Part shown: one piece after another, positions 54,821-64,000 of the stretch
Layout: every line of letters begins with the position of its first letter
How positions within the stretch are numbered: position 1 is the first letter of the stretch
DNA from: Candidatus Micrarchaeota archaeon
GTDB lineage: Archaea > Iainarchaeota > Iainarchaeia > Iainarchaeales > JAGVWC01
Reading direction: 5' to 3'
DNA: 64,000 nucleotides
Assembly (NCBI GenBank): GCA_043803815.1
Contig: JAZDJR010000029.1
Span: forward strand, 7,979-71,978
Translations under genes and position numbers: made by a program
Notes under the pieces: generated by a model
Told to the model about the DNA's origin: nothing
Seen by the model: the letters and a program-made list of their open reading frames with translations, nothing else
Databases searched by the model: none

Positions 54821-55135
54821 TTGGAAACGCATTTTTGGATGATGATTATGAGTACTTTGGATTGGGTTTGCGACCGCGCCCTGGACGTGGACAGTTTTTT
54901 GCTCGGACTGGCTATTTTTGACAAAGTGTTCAGGATGGATTTGTCCGCGCCGACGATTGAGGGGCGCATGGTGGCGGCTTTCGAGTTCGCGGTCATTATC
55001 CTGTTCGTGCAATGGGTCGTTAAAAAATACATTCAAAGCCATGTTCATTACAAGCGAAAGCTCTGGCAACTCGTAGCTCTCCTCATTTTGGGGGTTGGGC
55101 TTTCTTTTCTTACTGTTCTCGAATTTCACGCGTAA
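54821..55135 (+). CDS. Small membrane protein
   Basis: Three hydrophobic segments; start uncertain. Confidence 0.55.
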   Translation: METHFWMMIMSTLDWVCDRALDVDSFLLGLAIFDKVFRMDLSAPTIEGRMVAAFEFAVIILFVQWVVKKYIQSHVHYKRKLWQLVALLILGVGLSFLTVLEFHA

Positions 55136-55263
55136 ACCAAAGCGTTTTTCCGGTTTTTTTGGATTGGTGAATTTTTCCTCTTCCGCACCAAAATCATTTT
55201 AAAGCTTTAAATGCACGTTTTTAAGACATTTGAAGCACTTTTCATTCGTAAAATGGGGTCTTT

Positions 55264-56709
55264 ATGCGCGTTTTAATGCTTAATCCGCCTTTTTTCAAGG
55301 GGTTTTCTCGCTCCAGCCGCAGCCCGGGCGTTTCCAAAGGCGGGTGCGTATATTACCCGTTATGGCTGGGCGCAGCAACAGGCTGGCTTGAAAAACACGG
55401 CCACGAAGTCAAATTATTAGACTGTCCTGTTGAAGAAATTACGACTGAAGATGTCGCCAAAATTTTGGACGAATGGAAACCCGAACTGGTGGTGTTTGAT
55501 TCGGTTACCGCGTCCGCGACAAACGATTTTGAAGTGGCCAGGCAATTGCGCTCCCATTCCAAGGCAAAATTCGTGTTTGTCGGAACCAGCCCCAGCGCTT
55601 TGCCAGAAAAAACTCTCAAAGAGTGCGATGCAATCGATTTGGTTACGCAGGCGGAATACGACAAGCAATTGCTGAACCTGGCCAACAATGTTCCGCTTGA
55701 AAAAATAAAAGGAATCAGCTATCGGCTAAAAGACGGCAGCATCAGGCATAATCCGTCCGAAGAATTATTGACCGGAAAAGAACTCGACGAGTTTCCGTTC
55801 ATGTCCGAGGTTTTTGCGCGCCACTTAAAAATCAAAAATTATTTTTATCCGTCGGTTTTGTATCCCGAGACAACCATTGTGACGGGAAGAGGCTGCCCGT
55901 TTCACTGCACGTTTTGCGTCTTGCCGCAGGTCATGAACGACCACCAGTACCGCGCGCGCTCTCCCGAAAGCGTTTTTGCGGAAATGAAATGGATTCACGA
56001 CAATTTGCCAGAAGTAAAAGACGTCATGATTGAAGACGATACGTTTACCGCGGACCGCGAACGCGTTAAAAACGTCTGCCGCCTGATTATCGAAAACGGG
56101 TTAAAAATCGCATGGACGGTAAATGCGCGCGCGGATGTCGATTTGGAAACTTTGCAACTGATGAAGCAAGCCGGCTGCCGGCTCTTGTGCGTGGGATTTG
56201 AAAGCGCGGACCAGACCATTTTGAATAATATCAAAAAAGGAACCACTATTCCAAAAATTGAGCAATTCATGAAAGACACCAAAACCGCGGGTTTGTTGGT
56301 TCACGGCTGCTTTATGATTGGAAACAAAGGCGAAACCCGCGAAACCATCCGCAAAACACTGGATATGGCTATCCGCTTGGAACCCGACACCGTCCAATTT
56401 TTTCCCATTATGGTTTATCCCGGAACCGAAGCGTACGAATACGCGGCCAAGCAAGGCCATTTGACCACCAACAATTTTTCGCATTGGCTGCTGCCCGACG
56501 GCACGCACAATTCCATCATTTCAACCCCTGATTTAAGCGCTCAGGATTTGGTGCGGGAATGCGACCGCAGCCGCGTCAAATTTTACGGCAGGCCCAAATT
56601 CATGCTTAAAAAATTCTGGCAGGTTTTGCAGCACCCGTCCGATTTGCCGCGCACCATCAAAAGCGGAATCACTTTTTCAAAATATTTTATCAAAGAATTC
56701 CGCGGCTGA
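55264..56709 (+). CDS. B12-binding radical SAM protein (HpnJ-like)
   Basis: LNPP, YPLWL, GRGCPFHCTFC (CxxxCxxC), DDTF, GFES, YPGT. Confidence 0.9.
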   Translation: MRVLMLNPPFFKGFSRSSRSPGVSKGGCVYYPLWLGAATGWLEKHGHEVKLLDCPVEEITTEDVAKILDEWKPELVVFDSVTASATNDFEVARQLRSHSKAKFVFVGTSPSALPEKTLKECDAIDLVTQAEYDKQLLNLANNVPLEKIKGISYRLKDGSIRHNPSEELLTGKELDEFPFMSEVFARHLKIKNYFYPSVLYPETTIVTGRGCPFHCTFCVLPQVMNDHQYRARSPESVFAEMKWIHDNLPEVKDVMIEDDTFTADRERVKNVCRLIIENGLKIAWTVNARADVDLETLQLMKQAGCRLLCVGFESADQTILNNIKKGTTIPKIEQFMKDTKTAGLLVHGCFMIGNKGETRETIRKTLDMAIRLEPDTVQFFPIMVYPGTEAYEYAAKQGHLTTNNFSHWLLPDGTHNSIISTPDLSAQDLVRECDRSRVKFYGRPKFMLKKFWQVLQHPSDLPRTIKSGITFSKYFIKEFRG

Positions 56710-56750
56710 ACAGCTGAAAACTTTTTTTAGGCCGCTTTAACCGGTTCGAT

Positions 56751-57740
56751 TCAGGAAGCCGTATGGCAAATGTCATTTCGGCATTCCAGCGGCACAAAAC
56801 AGTAAGGCAGGTATCCGGCTTTTTGGCAGCAGGGGCCGTTTTGGAATCCGCAATCCGCGCGTTTGATGAGTACCTGCGTCATAATCAGGTAATCGTTGAC
56901 TTCGCTTATTCCGGTTCCCGCTTCGTCGTATTCCCCGTTCAAAATGTTTTGCCTGTGGCTTGGAGAATTCATCCATTGGCTGACGCATCCTTGCACGATT
57001 TGGCCGGTCGTTTCCCAGTCCACTTTTTTCCAGGCGGTTTTGGGAACGGTTTGGATGCGTTCCTGTTTTTGGTTTAAATATTGGCGAAGATTTTGCAGGG
57101 TTTGAGTTTGCGATTCATCCGGCAGAGTCGGCGGCAGTTCGATGATGGGCGGTTCGACGGCAGGTTCCAGACCTGGATAGGTTTTGTCCTTGGAAAACGG
57201 GTGAGCCAGAATGTTTTCCGCGCTGGCCGAAAAATAGTAAATGTTCATCGAATGGAGGCGGTCGGAGTGATGAAAGCCGAACGAAAATCCCTCATGTGAA
57301 ATATACGGATCGGGAAAAACCAGGTTAAAATCTGTAAGGTCCGTGTTTTCCAAGGCCAAATCGTTGGAATGGCGCCTGGCGACATTGGCAAGGCCCGAAT
57401 TCCATTTAAGCAGGGATAATTGATTTTGAATGCGTTCCCGGTTAATGGCGTCATGCATTAAAAATTCGAGTTCGCTTAGGTTCAAATCTGGTTTTGCAAA
57501 AACATTGAAATCGGAAGAATTCAATGTCTGGCTTGGAACCGCCGGAACCGTGTTCGGCAAGGCATACGTTCCGGATGAAGGGTTTGTTTCGGATGGGTTG
57601 GAATATTGATTCGGGTTAGTTGAAAAATTATTAAAAAATTCGGGGCGATATTGGATTTCAAATGCCAGCAGTCCGACGGCACCGATAAAAGCCAGGATGC
57701 CGATGATTCCAAACCAATTCAGATTTTTCATGCGCATCAA
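56751..57740 (-). CDS. CAP/SCP domain protein
   Basis: INRER, ARRHS, AENI, WMNSPSHRQNIL, GTG motifs; N-terminal TM. Confidence 0.85.
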   Translation of the reverse strand: MMRMKNLNWFGIIGILAFIGAVGLLAFEIQYRPEFFNNFSTNPNQYSNPSETNPSSGTYALPNTVPAVPSQTLNSSDFNVFAKPDLNLSELEFLMHDAINRERIQNQLSLLKWNSGLANVARRHSNDLALENTDLTDFNLVFPDPYISHEGFSFGFHHSDRLHSMNIYYFSASAENILAHPFSKDKTYPGLEPAVEPPIIELPPTLPDESQTQTLQNLRQYLNQKQERIQTVPKTAWKKVDWETTGQIVQGCVSQWMNSPSHRQNILNGEYDEAGTGISEVNDYLIMTQVLIKRADCGFQNGPCCQKAGYLPYCFVPLECRNDICHTAS

Positions 57741-57813
57741 TCAATCAGTAATGTGCTATCCTGCTTTTTTATCGTTAACCAACTTTTTATTCAATAACCA
57801 AAAAAATCCAAAA

Positions 57814-58263
57814 TTAATCTTCGGCTTTATATTGCCCGCCCGGCGGATAATACTCGTTGTATTTTCGAATCGTGGCAAACGCCTCTTCCAATAAGTCATT
57901 GCCATGCAGGGCTTTCCAGACGGCATCAAACGCATTTTGGCCCGCAAAAGCCTGCTTTTTGGCCAAGCCCATTTCATCGGCTATCCGTTCAGAAGTCCAG
58001 TTTTCGATTTCATTTAATGGCTTTCCTTCCAGTTCCGAACAAAGAAACGACAGGCAGGCAATGGTTTGGGGGGACGCGCCGGATACGAATTGGATGAACA
58101 GGACCAGATTTTTTTCGGTTTGGCAATACACTTCGATTTTGGCTTCTTTTCCGTTTTCAATCGGATTAAGTTCCGCATAATGCGTCGGATTTTTAAGCGG
58201 CCCCTGATGCATGGGCTGTTTTAGGTGTTTTTCAAAAGCCGAATTGGACTGGTTTTTGGGCAT
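57814..58263 (-). CDS. IscU/NifU N-terminal-like protein lacking the canonical Cys ligands
   Basis: HLKQPMHQG.L, S.L.SELEGK.L.E pattern; NPxCGD and GC motifs absent. Confidence 0.55.
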   Translation of the reverse strand: MPKNQSNSAFEKHLKQPMHQGPLKNPTHYAELNPIENGKEAKIEVYCQTEKNLVLFIQFVSGASPQTIACLSFLCSELEGKPLNEIENWTSERIADEMGLAKKQAFAGQNAFDAVWKALHGNDLLEEAFATIRKYNEYYPPGGQYKAED

Positions 58264-58316
58264 GAATGGAGAAAACTGCGAACGCTTTAAAAAAAGGGGT
58301 TTTCTTTGTTGATTAC

Positions 58317-59276
58317 ATGGCTAAAAAATGGAGGTCGGAACTGGACTATATCGGCAATACCCCGCTCCAAAACGTGGATGGCATTTTGGTCAAACTGGAA
58401 TACCTGAATCCGTCGGGTTCCATCAAGGACCGCATCGCCAAATATATCGTTGAAAAAGCGGAACAAAAAAAAGAGCTTAAAAAAGGATATTCGATTGTAG
58501 AAGCGACTTCCGGAAATACGGGAATCGCGTTTTCCATGGTTGCCGCGGCCAAAGGATACAATTGCACGATTGTCCTGCCCAAAGGCCTAAGCGTCGAGCG
58601 CCAAGAGCTGATTTTGGCGTACGGCTCCAAAATAATTTTTGTCCGCAAAAACTGCGTCAAATGCGCGGTTGAAAAAACCCGCGAAATCGCCCGAAAAAAC
58701 AAAAATGTTTTTTTGCCAAAACAGTTTGAAAACCCGTGGAACGCCGAAGAAAACGAAAAAATACTCGGAAAAGAAATTTTAAGGCAATTTGCGGAACAAT
58801 TCCAAAAAAATAAAAAAAAATCCAGTGAATCGATTGATGCCGTTGTGGCGGGAGTCGGGACCGGCGGAACCCTAATCGGCGTCGGAAAAGCGGTTCGAAA
58901 AAAATTTCCCCGCGTCCAAATTATCGCGGTCGAGCCCGCGGAATGCCCGCTGCTTAGTGAAAACCGGTACGGCCGTCACCGCATTTTCGGCCTGCACAAG
59001 GGCTACACCTGCAAAGCGCACGGAATCGAAGGAATCGGGGACGGGTTCATTCCCAAAATCGTGCAGGAAAACCGGAACCTAATCGACGAAGTGATTGCGG
59101 TTAAAACAGCGGACGCGGTCCAAACCGCCCGGCTGCTTGCCAAAAAAGGATTTTTTGTCGGCCCGAGCTCGGGAGCCAACTTTTGGGCCGCCCAAAAAGC
59201 AAGAAAGAAATTCCAAAACGTGCTGACTTTTTTTTGCGACCGGGGAGAACGCTACCTGAGCGAAAAACTGTTTTGA
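58317..59276 (+). CDS. Cysteine synthase family PLP-dependent enzyme
   Basis: IGNTPL, KLEYLNPSGSIKDR, EATSGNTG, GVGTGGT, GIGDG, GPSSGAN. Confidence 0.92.
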   Translation: MAKKWRSELDYIGNTPLQNVDGILVKLEYLNPSGSIKDRIAKYIVEKAEQKKELKKGYSIVEATSGNTGIAFSMVAAAKGYNCTIVLPKGLSVERQELILAYGSKIIFVRKNCVKCAVEKTREIARKNKNVFLPKQFENPWNAEENEKILGKEILRQFAEQFQKNKKKSSESIDAVVAGVGTGGTLIGVGKAVRKKFPRVQIIAVEPAECPLLSENRYGRHRIFGLHKGYTCKAHGIEGIGDGFIPKIVQENRNLIDEVIAVKTADAVQTARLLAKKGFFVGPSSGANFWAAQKARKKFQNVLTFFCDRGERYLSEKLF

Positions 59277-59331
59277 CCCGATTCGCTTGTCCGCGCCAAA
59301 AATGCCAAAACCGATTTTGTTTTCAAAGCGG

Positions 59332-59577
59332 TTAAACCAGTTTTTTTCCTGTGGCGTCGACCAGATGAATGACGTTAACCGGGCAGCTTTTGGCGGCTTC
59401 CACATTCTTGGGTTTTTGGCTGTCGGAAATGCCGCGTTCTTCGCTTCCATCGGGGTTTTCCTTGGAATCCTTGACGTGGCTTTTGTCGCCTTGCATTTCC
59501 CAAAATTCGGGGGCAACCGCAGCGCAGGCTCCGCAGCCGATGCAATTGGGCTTGTCAAACTTTATTTTATATGGCAT
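59332..59577 (-). CDS. Ferredoxin (single cluster)
   Basis: CIGCGACAAVAP ... AAKSCPVNVI. Confidence 0.92.
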   Translation of the reverse strand: MPYKIKFDKPNCIGCGACAAVAPEFWEMQGDKSHVKDSKENPDGSEERGISDSQKPKNVEAAKSCPVNVIHLVDATGKKLV

Positions 59578-59614
59578 ATTTTTTTCCTTTTTTCCTGAAA
59601 AAGATTCCTTTTTC

Positions 59615-60529
59615 TTATTTATCGCTTTTTTGGTTCGCCGGACTTGCAGCCGGAATTGTTTTTTGCCGCAACCGCTCGTAATTCTCGTCGGCCTTTTTTT
59701 GGATTTGGATTATCATTTCCGGCGTCAAATGCGAAAAGCGCTTTTGGCCGTTTAAATAATCCGAAACCGGCTGTCCGCTTTTCGGGTCAAAGTTCAGTTT
59801 GAAATTTCCGTTTTCGATTTCAAACAAAAACCACATGCGCGACTGAACCGCGGCTTTGGCGATTTGCATCGAGCGGCTTCCGTCAAAGCCCGCTCCGAGG
59901 CAGCACGGCGCATGAATCACAATAAAGCGGGCTCCTGTCATAGCTTGGGCTTTTTTTAATTTGAAACGCAAATCCGCAGGATACGCGACCGAAGCGCTTG
60001 CCGAGTATGCAATGTTGTGTGCGGCGGCAATTTCCGCAATCGGCTTGCGCTGTTTTTCGTTTCCATTATGAACAGAACCTGCTTGGGACGTGGTGGTAAC
60101 CGCCCCAAATGGGGTTGCGCCGCTTTTTTGGACTCCGGTATTCGCGTATTGCTCGTTGTCATAGCAAATGTACAGGACATCGTCGTTGCGGTCAAACATT
60201 CCAGATAACGCCGCAAAACCGATGTCATAGGTCGAACCGTCTCCCGCAATGCAGACCACGGTCGTGTGGTCGTTTCCCTTGGCTCGCAAGGCGGTACTGA
60301 CTCCGCTTGCAACCGCGGGAACGTTTTCAAACAAAGTGTGAATATACGGAACGCGCCAGGCGCTTTGGGGAAACTGCGTGGACGTGATTTCCATGCAACC
60401 TGTGGCATTCACGATGATAATGTCGTTTCCCAAAGCATCCAGAATCTGGATTAACGCGTTGGACGGCGCGCAACCGGGACAGCCCGCGTGGCCGGGAGCA
60501 TATAAGTGCATGTCGCTTTGCTGGCTCAT
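59615..60529 (-). CDS. porB: Pyruvate/2-oxoacid:ferredoxin oxidoreductase beta subunit
   Basis: GHAGCPGC, ATGC, GDG...YDNEQYANTG TPP motif. Confidence 0.93.
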   Translation of the reverse strand: MSQQSDMHLYAPGHAGCPGCAPSNALIQILDALGNDIIIVNATGCMEITSTQFPQSAWRVPYIHTLFENVPAVASGVSTALRAKGNDHTTVVCIAGDGSTYDIGFAALSGMFDRNDDVLYICYDNEQYANTGVQKSGATPFGAVTTTSQAGSVHNGNEKQRKPIAEIAAAHNIAYSASASVAYPADLRFKLKKAQAMTGARFIVIHAPCCLGAGFDGSRSMQIAKAAVQSRMWFLFEIENGNFKLNFDPKSGQPVSDYLNGQKRFSHLTPEMIIQIQKKADENYERLRQKTIPAASPANQKSDK

Positions 60530-61674
60530 TTTTTTGCCTCGGTTTTCTTGCCAATCCATTCGGAGATTGGTTCTTTGGTTTTGAGTTTGTCAAACAATAC
60601 TGCAATGTCTTTGCGCTTGAGATTTCTTCCGCCGAGGCAACCATAAAAACTGGAAACAATTGTCCCTGTGCCTTGCAATGCTTCCGCAACTTCAACGTAC
60701 AACGGCGCTTGGGCTCCGAGTGATAACGCGCGGTCAATCACTCCGACTTTTTTTCCTTTCAAAACTCGCGCAAGTTCTTCGCTTGGAAACGGGCGATAGC
60801 ATCGCAAGTGCAAACACCCGACTTTTTTTCCTTTTTTGCGGAGTTCTTCAACGGTTGCCTTGGCATTATCCATGGCGCTTCCAAGTCCAATCAAAACGAT
60901 TTTCGCGTCCTTGACATGGAATTCCTCGAACAATCCGTAGGAACGCTTGAATTGTTTTCCGAATAGTTTTCCAACTTCGAAAATCGTTTTTTTGGATGCA
61001 ATCAAATCGTTGTGCAGGTCTTCGCGGAATTCCTGGTAATATTGCGGAGCGGTATAGGCTCCCAATGTAATTGGGTTTTCAGGGTCGAGTTTAAAGGCGG
61101 GCTTAAACGCCGGCAAAAACGATTGGGTTTCTTTTTGGCTGGGAACATCCACTTGTCCGACCGCGTGCGTCAAATAATGGCCGTCCAGGCACACCATTAC
61201 GGGCAGATTGGTTTTTTCCGCGATTTCAAAGGCTTGAATGGTGTTGTCCACGGCTTCTTGATTGTTTTTGCAGTATAATTGTATCCAGCCGGTGTCTCGC
61301 TGGCTGATGGAATCCTGTTCGTCGTTCCAAATGGATAATGGCGCGGAAACCGCGCGGTTAGCAACCGCCATGACAACGGGCAATCTCAGTCCCGCAACCG
61401 CAAACAGCGCTTCGTGCATTAATAAGAGTCCCTGCGAGGAAGTCGCGGTAAAGCTTCGGGCACCTGCCGCGCTTGCGCCCATGACCGCGCTGATGGCTGA
61501 AAATTCGGATTCAACTGCGATAAAATTCTTGATTTCGCCGTTGGCAAAAAACCGGTCCATTTCTTCCACAATCTGCGTGGCAGGAGTAATGGGATAGCAG
61601 GCCACGACTTCGGGCCGGCAGTTTTTCGCGGCTTCGGCAACCGCTTCGTTTCCACTAATCGTTTTGACGACCAT
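60526..61674 (-). CDS. porA: Pyruvate/2-oxoacid:ferredoxin oxidoreductase alpha subunit
   Basis: GNEAVA, YPITP, VESE, TATSSQGL. Confidence 0.94.
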   Translation of the reverse strand: MVVKTISGNEAVAEAAKNCRPEVVACYPITPATQIVEEMDRFFANGEIKNFIAVESEFSAISAVMGASAAGARSFTATSSQGLLLMHEALFAVAGLRLPVVMAVANRAVSAPLSIWNDEQDSISQRDTGWIQLYCKNNQEAVDNTIQAFEIAEKTNLPVMVCLDGHYLTHAVGQVDVPSQKETQSFLPAFKPAFKLDPENPITLGAYTAPQYYQEFREDLHNDLIASKKTIFEVGKLFGKQFKRSYGLFEEFHVKDAKIVLIGLGSAMDNAKATVEELRKKGKKVGCLHLRCYRPFPSEELARVLKGKKVGVIDRALSLGAQAPLYVEVAEALQGTGTIVSSFYGCLGGRNLKRKDIAVLFDKLKTKEPISEWIGKKTEAKK

Positions 61675-61676
61675 TT

Positions 61677-61889
61677 TCAGTTCCCCTTTTTTGCAACCAG
61701 CGAACCGAGCAGGTAGCCAAATAACGCAAAAAGTGCAAAAGAAATAACTAAAATAGATAATGCCTTTAGCGCGTAATCGGAAGGCGGTCCTAATAGCATT
61801 AACAATTCGTTCAATATTCCAAATATTCCTCCGACAACCAGTCCGTATAACGCGAATTTTTTATTAGTTTCATTAAGTTTGAAATTCAT
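61677..61889 (-). CDS. Small two-TM membrane protein inside the por operon
   Basis: AGGTGA RBS, two hydrophobic helices. Confidence 0.65.
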   Translation of the reverse strand: MNFKLNETNKKFALYGLVVGGIFGILNELLMLLGPPSDYALKALSILVISFALFALFGYLLGSLVAKKGN

Positions 61890-61893
61890 CTTT

Positions 61894-62148
61894 TCACCTT
61901 TTTTCTGCTTCTCGTTCCATCTTGATGCATTTTACGGGGCATTCGACCGCGCAAATCCCGCAGCCCTTGCAATAATCCAAATCAATAACCGGAATTTCTT
62001 TTGGGGTTCCCATGATTCCTTCGGGGCAAAAATTTTGGCAGATTCCGCATTTAATGCATTCTTTAGCATCCACTTTAGGCTTGTCAACACTCCATTTTCC
62101 GGTCTTGTTGACAACGGTTGTTCCCGGCTTTGCAATCGCGAATTTCAT
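61894..62148 (-). CDS. porD: Pyruvate/2-oxoacid:ferredoxin oxidoreductase delta subunit
   Basis: KTGKW, CIKCGICQNFCP, YCKGCGICAVECP. Confidence 0.94.
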   Translation of the reverse strand: MKFAIAKPGTTVVNKTGKWSVDKPKVDAKECIKCGICQNFCPEGIMGTPKEIPVIDLDYCKGCGICAVECPVKCIKMEREAEKR

Positions 62149-62690
62149 TTTTTTTCACCGCTTGTTTTTTCAAAGCATTCCTGAACGGCTAAAATGTTTT
62201 GGGACGCGATTGTTGAGGGAAAGCGGCTTGAAATCGCTTTTTTAATGCTCTCGATTTTTACGATTCCGGTTATTTTGCACAACGCCCCGAGCATTACGGT
62301 GTTGGTAATCGGTTTTTTTAGATATTTAACCGCGATTTGAGTTCCATCCACGATGAAAACAAAATTGCTCTGCAGATTCAATTCTTTTTTAGGCTGATTT
62401 GAGTTCACAATCAGTTTTCCGGTTTTTTTCAGCCCAGCTTCGACTGAAACTTCCTGCAAAACCGACGGCTCGGCAACTACTATGATATCCGGCTCGTTTA
62501 TTTCCTCATGAATCGCAATCGGCTTGGAATCGATTCGGCAATAACTGGTAACCGGCGGCCCGCGTTTTTCCGAGCCGAAAAAAGGCATGGCCTGGCTAAA
62601 TTTTCCTTCCAAAGCCGCGGCTTCGGCCAAAAGTTCGGCAGCGGTAACGATTCCCTGTCCCGCCCGTCCATGAAAACGAATTTCAATCAT
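62145..62690 (-). CDS. porG: Pyruvate/2-oxoacid:ferredoxin oxidoreductase gamma subunit
   Basis: MIEIRFHGRAGQG, FGSEKRG, NTVMLGA. Confidence 0.94.
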   Translation of the reverse strand: MIEIRFHGRAGQGIVTAAELLAEAAALEGKFSQAMPFFGSEKRGPPVTSYCRIDSKPIAIHEEINEPDIIVVAEPSVLQEVSVEAGLKKTGKLIVNSNQPKKELNLQSNFVFIVDGTQIAVKYLKKPITNTVMLGALCKITGIVKIESIKKAISSRFPSTIASQNILAVQECFEKTSGEKK

Positions 62691-62711
62691 TGCATTTCCT
62701 CTTGGAACTTT

Positions 62712-62797
62712 CTTTTTCTCGAGCTTTTTTGCACGACGCAAAAAAGGCTGCTGGAAGCATTTTTTTTCCCAGGCTTTTTTCCGCAGAAAAAAGGCTG
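62712..62797 (-). repeat. Two tandem copies of the T-run/A-run hairpin repeat
   Basis: CAGCCTTTTTTCTGCGGAAAAAAGCCTGGGAAAAAA and CAGCCTTTTTTGCGTCGTGCAAAAAAGCTCGAGAAAAAG on the minus strand. Confidence 0.85.
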
Positions 62798-62823
62798 CGG
62801 CCATGAAAACGAATTTCTAGCAT
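62797..62823 (-). pseudogene. Duplicated 5' fragment of porG (MLEIRFHGR)
   Basis: ATGCTAGAAATTCGTTTTCATGGCCGC vs ATGATTGAAATTCGTTTTCATGGACGG, 23/27 identical. Confidence 0.85.
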
Positions 62824-62956
62824 AATTTTATTTAATCTTAAAAATTTTACAGTGCAATTCTCACTGCAATTCTATGACCATTGCCAAAAGCACTATTTAA
62901 ACATATTGACAATTGTCAAAGGAAATGACGGCGATTAACGTAAACCTGTTTTTGGG

Positions 62957-64000
62957 TTAATTTCCGAACCGGATGGCGTCTACGGGGTCCAATTCGGCTG
63001 CGGTTTTGGCGGGCAAAATGCCGGACAATAATCCGACCAGCATGGAAAAGCCGACGGCAAATAAAATCGTGGCCAAAGATACCGTGACGGGCAATTCGAA
63101 TCCTGCCAAAGTTGCTATGATAGATGCCAATTTTGCCAATCCGATTCCAAGAACGGTTCCGATGACTCCGCCGACTAATCCCAAAAGGATTGCTTCGGTA
63201 ATGAAAATGGAAAGAATTCTGGAATCGGTTGCGCCAATCGCTTTCATGATTCCGATTTCTTTGGTGCGCTCCGACACCGACATAAACATGGTGTTCATGA
63301 TTCCTACCGCGCCGACCAAAAGCGAAATCAGGGCAATGCCGACCAAAACGACCTGAACAAGGCCGATGACGCTTCCCGCGGTTTCGCCGACCTGCTTTGC
63401 GCTTAACACCTGAAAATCTTCCTTGCTATGGCTGCGTTTTAAAATGCGCGAAATGCGGTCTTTGGCGTCATCCAATCCGACGCCGGGAAATAATTTGACA
63501 AAAACCCGGTTGGGCAATACTTTTTGGCCGGTAACGGTTTCCAATGTTCCGATGTTCATGATAACCGCTTCATCAAACATGCCGCCGACAAACGTGTTCG
63601 CGGATTCTTTGGTGGTTCCGACCACCTTGAGTTTTTTTCCGTTGACTCCAAGCGAACTGGTCACATGAATAGGCCGCTTGAATTTTTCTTCGGAAAGTTT
63701 CGGTCCGATCATAATGCCGGTTTTATCCTGACTGTTCAAATAGCGCCCTTCTCCGAGAGAAACGATTCCCGAACCGCCCAGTTTGAGCATCTTGTCGGCA
63801 TCCAGACCGATAGCCATAATGGTTTTTTTTTCGCCCTTAAATTCCACAAAAACCGTTTGGATAGCCAGTTCCGCGGCAAAGTCGACTCCGCGGACGCTTT
63901 GAATCGTTGCAACATCGCCGCTTTGAAGCTTGACAAAAGCGGAATCCGTAAAGTTTTTTCCCGGCAAAACAATCAAGGTGTCGGTTCCGAGCGATTCAAA
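62957..64000 (-). CDS. MacB/FtsX-family ABC transporter permease (5' end beyond the window)
   Basis: ISLLVGAVGIMNTMFMSVSERTKEIGIMKAIGA, PAKTAAELDPVDAIR. Confidence 0.92.
   Translation of the reverse strand, partial: FESLGTDTLIVLPGKNFTDSAFVKLQSGDVATIQSVRGVDFAAELAIQTVFVEFKGEKKTIMAIGLDADKMLKLGGSGIVSLGEGRYLNSQDKTGIMIGPKLSEEKFKRPIHVTSSLGVNGKKLKVVGTTKESANTFVGGMFDEAVIMNIGTLETVTGQKVLPNRVFVKLFPGVGLDDAKDRISRILKRSHSKEDFQVLSAKQVGETAGSVIGLVQVVLVGIALISLLVGAVGIMNTMFMSVSERTKEIGIMKAIGATDSRILSIFITEAILLGLVGGVIGTVLGIGLAKLASIIATLAGFELPVTVSLATILFAVGFSMLVGLLSGILPAKTAAELDPVDAIRFGN

Noticed and set aside
62691-62804. 38-aa N-terminal extension of PorG in the ORF track
   Set aside because: It is a translation of the hairpin repeats; the conserved PorG start is MIEIRFHG at 62690.

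Overview
This window comes from a small-genome archaeon, most likely DPANN (Iainarchaeota/Diapherotrites-like; an inference from BHB-type tRNA introns, an archaeal RNase P RNA, TATA/leaderless starts and Cys-rich surface proteins). Housekeeping flanks contain RNase P RNA, alaS, an RSH (RelA/SpoT) homolog, argS, tRNA-Arg/Leu/Ser genes with introns, a B12 radical SAM enzyme, cysteine synthase, ferredoxin and the porGDAB operon. The centre is a ~29.8 kb element integrated at the 3' end of tRNA-Leu(GAG), with 18-bp att repeats at 21424-21441 and 51206-51223. It carries a tyrosine integrase, a minimal VirB2/VirB6/PrgI/VirB4 transfer module with no recognisable relaxase, ArdC, an MmeI-like RM enzyme and HEPN proteins. 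It also holds a divergent defence-like locus: a CARF-HTH/GHKL-peptidase/nuclease/helicase-nuclease/Mre11/Rad50 arm, and an Hjc/YdjM/two Gly-start proteins/QatC-like QueC arm. A 2.2 kb att-bounded mini-element with an MNT-HEPN pair lies in tandem. Two signals stand out. (1) A ~35-nt hairpin family with a conserved C.C mismatch makes up most of two 54-nt tRNA introns and also sits between duplicated gene 5' ends at tRNA-Ser and porG. (2) A QatC-like operon with non-Qat partners is a candidate protein-deazaguanylation system. All calls are by eye, without database searches.
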